A stretch of 64,000 nt of DNA from Candidatus Eiseniibacteriota bacterium. GTDB taxonomy: Bacteria; Eisenbacteria; RBG-16-71-46. The position numbers and the translations under genes were made by a program. The stretch spans positions 128,001 to 192,000 of the forward strand of contig JBBRLX010000002.1 in the NCBI GenBank assembly GCA_038231135.1, given 5' to 3'. Below, piece after piece: positions 59,286 to 64,000 of this stretch (positions within the stretch are counted from its first letter, which is position 1; every line of letters starts with the position of its first letter). The notes beneath the pieces were generated by a model. The model worked only from the letters and a program-made list of their open reading frames with translations, did no database searches and was not told the origin of the DNA.

Positions 59286-60668
59286 TCCGTTTTTTTGCTG
59301 ATACTTGGCGTTTTTCGCCGAACCCGTCGCCCCGGGCGTAACCGCGAGCCCCAGACAAACTTCGATCGCCTGAACCTCACGACTAAAGGCCCGGTCCTGG
59401 GTCGCGATCACCACCGGAATCCGCTTCGCGAGCTCCAGAACGAGGGTCGCGAGCAGCCGGCGGCGCCCGGGATCGAGGCCGCAGGTCGGTTCGTCCAGCA
59501 GCAGAATGGGCGCGGGGGCGATCGAGGCCCCCACGATGGCGATGATCCGCTTCTCCCCGGCCGACAGGCTCCACGTCCGGCGCTCCCACATCACCGCGGG
59601 CATGCCGAACCGGCCGAGCAGCGAGATCGCTTCGGCCCGGGCCGCCTCGGGATCCCGCCCGCGGCGGGTGGCGGCGAACATCAGCTCCGGCCCGACCAGC
59701 TCCTCGAAGATTTGCCGCTCGGGGTACTGGCCGACGAGCAGCGGCCCCGGCAGCGCCGGCTGCCGCCACTCGGTCGTGACCCCCGGCAGCGTGTCCACCC
59801 CGGCGATGGCCTCGAGCAGGGAGCTCTTGCCGCTGCCGTTGGGTCCCAGGATCGCCCAGGTGCCGCGCCCGCCGACGTCGAACGCGATCGGCCCGGCGAC
59901 CCGGACACGCATGGGAGAGCCCGATGTCGGGACGACCTGCACACGCAGCCGGACCGCACCCGCACCTTCCGCCCGGGCCGGTATCACGGCGGCGAGGCCA
60001 GCCGGGACGGCGCCCGACCCGGCGGGCACGAGGCCGTCCGGCGTCATGCTCCACACCGAGTCCGCGCGCTCGAGCTCGACCGGCTCCTGGGTGATCCACA
60101 GCACCGCGAGGCCCGCCCGGACCTGTTCGCGGACGAGGTCGAGCGCCAGCGCTCGCGCGGCGTCGTCCAGGTGCGCCGCCGCCTCGTCGAGGAGCAGCAC
60201 CTGGGGTTCGCTCGCGAGCGCGGCCGCGAGCAGCACGCGCTGCTGCTGACCCGCCGATAGTGTCTGCGGCGGTTGATCGAGCAACTCGAGGAGTTCGAAG
60301 CGCTCCGCCCACCGCACGGCCAGCTCCGCCGCCTGCGCCGGCGGACTCCCCAGATTGAGCGCGGTGAATGCGATCTCCTCGCGCACCGAGCGCTGCGTGA
60401 GCTGGGTGGCGGGCTCCTGGAGCACGGTCGCGACGCGGACCCGCTCCCCGGTGGCCTCGGCCGTGCCCCAGTCGAGCGTGCCCGCCTTGAGCGTCCACAG
60501 TCCCGCCAGCGTGAGGGCCAGCGTCGTCTTGCCCGCGCCGTTGGGCCCGGTGACGCCGATCCAGCTGCCGGGCAGGAGCTCGAGCGTCACATTCCGGATG
60601 GCCGGCTCGGCGACACCGGGCGGCGCGCCCGCCACGTCGCGCGCCGTCAGAACGGGGGCGCTTGTCAT
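59259..60668 (-). CDS. Double-domain ABC ATPase, ECF A-A' type
   Basis: GPNGAGKT/LSAGQQQR/LLLDE and GPNGSGKS/LSAGEKR/LLLDEPT; QEP and QYP Q-loops. Confidence 0.85.
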   Translation of the reverse strand: MTSAPVLTARDVAGAPPGVAEPAIRNVTLELLPGSWIGVTGPNGAGKTTLALTLAGLWTLKAGTLDWGTAEATGERVRVATVLQEPATQLTQRSVREEIAFTALNLGSPPAQAAELAVRWAERFELLELLDQPPQTLSAGQQQRVLLAAALASEPQVLLLDEAAAHLDDAARALALDLVREQVRAGLAVLWITQEPVELERADSVWSMTPDGLVPAGSGAVPAGLAAVIPARAEGAGAVRLRVQVVPTSGSPMRVRVAGPIAFDVGGRGTWAILGPNGSGKSSLLEAIAGVDTLPGVTTEWRQPALPGPLLVGQYPERQIFEELVGPELMFAATRRGRDPEAARAEAISLLGRFGMPAVMWERRTWSLSAGEKRIIAIVGASIAPAPILLLDEPTCGLDPGRRRLLATLVLELAKRIPVVIATQDRAFSREVQAIEVCLGLAVTPGATGSAKNAKYQQKNGLTEACSSA

Positions 60669-60670
60669 GA

Positions 60671-61843
60671 CTAAGGCCGGCCGCCACGCCATGCGGCGAC
60701 CGCGGCCTCGGCCACCTCACGATACGGCGCCCCCGCGCGCTCGGCGGCGGCGCGCACCGATTCGAACTCGGGCATCGGCCGCTCGCCGTCCGGCGTGCGG
60801 GCGATCTTGAGCGCCACCCGGCCGAACGCGGTGTCGACCTCGGCCGCGCGACGCTCGAGTTCGACGCGCTGCTCGGTGCGCACCCGCACGCCCAGCGTCG
60901 AGGTCTCGGTGAGCACCAGCCGGACGAGCGCGTCCGCCGCCGGCGGGTCGGCGATCACGACCAGCAGCGTCCCCAGCCGGCCCTTCTTCATCACCACGGG
61001 CACCGTCATCGCGTCGAGCGCCCCCGCGGCCAGCAGCCGCGGCACCAGCGCCGCCAGCACTTGCGGGTTCTCGTCGTCGAGCGAGGTCTCGAGCACCGCC
61101 ACTGTGCGCCGCTCGAGCGGTACCGGGTCCAGGTCGCCGAGCATCACCCGCAGCACGTTCGCCTGCTCCTTCAGGTCCCGCCCGCCCGCCCCGGTGCCGA
61201 CCCGGTCGAGCCGGAATGGCGGCGGCGTGCCCCAGTCCTCGACGAGCGTGGCGAGCAGTGCCGCGCCCGTCGGGGTGACGAGCTCGAAGTCGACGGCCGG
61301 GATCTCCACAGGGATGCCGCGCAGCAGCAGCGTGGTCGCGGGAGCCGGCACCGGGATGCGGCCGTGCTCGGACATGACGCTGCCGCGCCCGAGCCGGAGC
61401 GGCGAGGAGTACACGCGCTCGACGCCGAGCGCCTCGAGCCCCTCGAGCGTTCCGATCACATCCACCAGAGCATCGGCCGCGCCAACCTCGTGGAAATGAA
61501 CGCGCTCGATCGTTTCACCGTGGACCTCCGCCTCGGCCGCGGCCAGCCGTGCGAACACCTGGTGCGCGCGGCTGCGGACGGGTTCGTCGATCGCCGCGCC
61601 GTCGATCATCGCCACGATGTGCTTGAGGTGGCGATGGGGCTGCGTTCCAGACACCGCCACTTCGACCCGCGTCGCCGCGAACGGTCCGCGGCGGGCGGTC
61701 CCGACCGTGATGCCGACGCCGTCGAGCTTGAGCCTGAGGGGCAGCTCGACGAGCCGCTCGGCCGGCCAGCCGGCCGACACCAGCGCTCCCAGGCACATGT
61801 CGCCGCTCACGCCCGAGAAGCAGTCGAAGTACGCGATCCGCAT
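60671..61843 (-). CDS. larC: Nickel insertase LarC
   Basis: YFDCFSGVSGDM, HRHL, AEAEVHG, VHFHEVGA.D, HG.IPVPAPAT, TPTGAA, MKKGR, ETSTLGVR, PEFE. Confidence 0.96.
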   Translation of the reverse strand: MRIAYFDCFSGVSGDMCLGALVSAGWPAERLVELPLRLKLDGVGITVGTARRGPFAATRVEVAVSGTQPHRHLKHIVAMIDGAAIDEPVRSRAHQVFARLAAAEAEVHGETIERVHFHEVGAADALVDVIGTLEGLEALGVERVYSSPLRLGRGSVMSEHGRIPVPAPATTLLLRGIPVEIPAVDFELVTPTGAALLATLVEDWGTPPPFRLDRVGTGAGGRDLKEQANVLRVMLGDLDPVPLERRTVAVLETSLDDENPQVLAALVPRLLAAGALDAMTVPVVMKKGRLGTLLVVIADPPAADALVRLVLTETSTLGVRVRTEQRVELERRAAEVDTAFGRVALKIARTPDGERPMPEFESVRAAAERAGAPYREVAEAAVAAWRGGRP

Positions 61844-61855
61844 GGAGGCTCCGCT

Positions 61856-62623
61856 TTAGGCCGGCTGGCGCCGGCCGCCGAGATTGATGAGGTGCGCCGC
61901 GTAGCCGGCGCCGAATCCGTTGTTCACGTTCACCACCGTGATGCCCGCCGCGCACGAGTTGAGCATGGCGAGCAGCGGCGCCAGCCCGCCGAAATGCGCG
62001 CCGTACCCGATGCTCGTGGGCACCGCGATCACCGGGCGGCTCACGAGCCCGCCCACCACGCTCGGCAGCGCGCCCTCGAGCCCCGCGACCACCACCAGCA
62101 CGCGGGCGTCCCGCAGCCGCGTGCGGTGCGCGAGCAGCCGGTGCAGCCCCGCCACGCCCACGTCGGCGATCAGCTCCGCCCTGCTACCCATGACCTGCGC
62201 CGTCACCTGCGCCTCCTCCGCCACCGGCAGGTCCGCGGTGCCCGCGCACACCACCACCACGCGACCGCGCCCGGCGCCCGCCGCCCGCCGGCGCAGCACG
62301 AACGTCCGCGCCCTGGGGTGCAGCTCGCCCCGCGGGTACGCCTGCGCCAGCGGATCGCGCTGGTCCGGCGTCACGCGGGTCGCCAGCACCACGCCGTGAC
62401 GTGCGTGCAGCCGCCCGACGATCGCGACGAGCTGGGACGGCGACTTGCCCTCGGCGTACACGACCTCGGGAAACCCGGTGCGCTGCGCGCGCTCGTGGTC
62501 GAGCGTCGCGAACCCGAGCGACTCGGACGGCGCGGCGGCGATCGCGCGCGCGGCGGCGCCGGCGGTCACCGTGCCCCGGCGCACGCGCCGGAGCAGCGCC
62601 GTCAGCTCATCCGGCCGCAACAC
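61856..62623 (-). CDS. larB: NPN cofactor biosynthesis protein LarB
   Basis: D..R..RTGFPEVVY..GK, AGTADLPVAEEA, DVGVAGLHR, AGLEGALPSV, PTSIGYG, LNSC. Confidence 0.96.
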   Translation of the reverse strand: MLRPDELTALLRRVRRGTVTAGAAARAIAAAPSESLGFATLDHERAQRTGFPEVVYAEGKSPSQLVAIVGRLHARHGVVLATRVTPDQRDPLAQAYPRGELHPRARTFVLRRRAAGAGRGRVVVVCAGTADLPVAEEAQVTAQVMGSRAELIADVGVAGLHRLLAHRTRLRDARVLVVVAGLEGALPSVVGGLVSRPVIAVPTSIGYGAHFGGLAPLLAMLNSCAAGITVVNVNNGFGAGYAAHLINLGGRRQPA

Positions 62624-63644
62624 CGTCCTCGCGCGCGGGCTCCGAGCCGGGCGCCTCGTACCCGCCGAGCTTGAGTTCCTCGAGATATTGCCGCAGCAGC
62701 TCCGCCATCTCGGTCACCGTCCGCGTGCGGTTCACCTGCTCGCGGACCCGGGCGCTGTTCGGCAGGCCCTTCACGTACCACGCCACGTGCTTGCGCATCT
62801 CGCGCGCCGCGCACTCCGGGCCGACGCTCGCCACCATCATCTGCAGGTGGCGGATCCCCGATTCGAGCCGTTCCTCGGGGCTCGCGAGCGCCAGCGTCTC
62901 GCCGCGCTCCCAGAACGCCCGCACCCGCCGGAACACCCACGGATCGCCGAACGCCGCGCGCCCCATCATCACGGCATCACAGCCGGTGGTCTCGAGCATG
63001 CGGATCGCGCCGTCGGGGTCGCGCACGTCGCCGTTGCCGATGATCGGGATGCCGACCGCCTGCTTGGCTTCGCCGATCATGTCCCAATGGGCGTCGCCCT
63101 CGAACTTCTCGGACCGCGTGCGCGCATGGATTGCGACCGCGGCGGCGCCGGCCTGCTCGAGCGTGCGGCACACCTCGACCACGTTGCGCGAGTTGCCGTC
63201 CCAGCCGAGGCGCACCTTGGCGGTGATGGGAATCCGGCTGGCTTCGACCATGCCACTCACGATCGCGTGGATGCGCGGCACGTCCTGCATCAACGCAGCG
63301 CCCGCGCAGCGGTTCACCACCTTGCGCACCGGGCAGCCCATGTTGATGTCGATCAAATCCGGCCGCCGTTCGGGCGGCAGGTCGTTCAGCACCCGGGCGG
63401 CGTCGGCCATCGTCGCGGGATCCGAGCCGAACAGCTGGATGCCGATCGGCCGCTCCATCGGTTCGAACGCGCAATAGTCGAGCGTGGCCTGGTTGCCGCG
63501 GACGAGCCCGTCCGCCGACACCATCTCGGTGAACACCATCGACGCGCCCTGCTCGCGCGCGAGTTGCCGGAACGGCGAATCGCTGACCCCCGCGAGCGGC
63601 GCGAGCAGGAACGGCGAATCGGCCTCCACCCCGCCGATCTTCAT
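62607..63644 (-). CDS. dusB: tRNA dihydrouridine synthase
   Basis: LAPLAGVSD.PFR, QLFG, DINMGCP, HARTR, IGNGDV, GRAAFGDPW. Confidence 0.95.
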   Translation of the reverse strand: MKIGGVEADSPFLLAPLAGVSDSPFRQLAREQGASMVFTEMVSADGLVRGNQATLDYCAFEPMERPIGIQLFGSDPATMADAARVLNDLPPERRPDLIDINMGCPVRKVVNRCAGAALMQDVPRIHAIVSGMVEASRIPITAKVRLGWDGNSRNVVEVCRTLEQAGAAAVAIHARTRSEKFEGDAHWDMIGEAKQAVGIPIIGNGDVRDPDGAIRMLETTGCDAVMMGRAAFGDPWVFRRVRAFWERGETLALASPEERLESGIRHLQMMVASVGPECAAREMRKHVAWYVKGLPNSARVREQVNRTRTVTEMAELLRQYLEELKLGGYEAPGSEPAREDGVAAG

Positions 63645-64000
63645 GCGCCCACCGCGCGACCGTACCCGGGCAGCGTGCGCGCGAACTCGGCGACGTCGGC
63701 GAACGAGCGGAACGGATGCCACGCGAGGCCCTCGGCCGCGCACCACTCGGCGAGCGCGCCGCGGGCCAGCACGTGATCCGCGATCCGCGCCCCGCACCGA
63801 TCCGACATCCCGTCTCCCACCATCACCACGCAATCGCCCTCGTCGCGCATCCGGCGTGCCGGATCGCCCTTGCAGTTGCCGCACCGGCCGCAGCCGCGCC
63901 CGGCGTTCGGAAACTCCGGCACCGCCCGGCCGCCCTCGAACCGCATGTGGTTGGCCGAGACCGGCACCCGGCCGAGCCCGCAGCGCTCCAGCAGCGGCTG
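63641..64000 (-). CDS. MtnX-like HAD-IB phosphatase (C-terminal part; start outside window)
   Basis: V.AN, CGRCGNCK, VGDGMSDRC.A..AD.V.AR, F..F.DV. Confidence 0.8.
   Translation of the reverse strand, partial: QPLLERCGLGRVPVSANHMRFEGGRAVPEFPNAGRGCGRCGNCKGDPARRMRDEGDCVVMVGDGMSDRCGARIADHVLARGALAEWCAAEGLAWHPFRSFADVAEFARTLPGYGRAVGA

Overview
High-GC bacterial chromosome window with nearly all genes on the minus strand. Its secreted-protein repertoire (C-terminal WGxVKxLYR tails, FlgD-Ig/T9SS-like C-terminal domains, dockerin-like repeats) suggests an uncultured FCB-group lineage such as Ca. Eisenbacteria; this is inference, not demonstrated. Housekeeping content: larE and larB-larC, mltG-ruvX-anti-sigma-rluD-lspA-dksA-like-PNP-DUF167-yggT-yggS, tmRNA, ssb, five tRNAs (Val, Pro, Arg, His, Leu), pyk, rdgB-rph-murI-GerMN-amidase-smpB, split transketolase, aminotransferase, ppdK, an M16 pair, S8 protease, asparaginase II and dusB. 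Mobile DNA: a ~3.7 kb integrative element in tRNA-His (53-bp att repeat, arm-type sites at both ends, integrase reading through the att core) and a ~274-bp MITE-like element that supplies the stop codons of two convergent genes. The most novel-looking signal is a putative cell-surface protein system. It comprises three paralogous Cys-rich secreted proteins, an adjacent dockerin-like protein, a modular C-terminal [ST]WGxVKxLYR tail also carried by an unrelated lamin-tail protein, and a separate cluster of lipoproteins and T9SS-like CTD cargo, several with consensus promoters and shared leader motifs. No CRISPR array or rRNA was seen. All calls are by eye; no searches were run.
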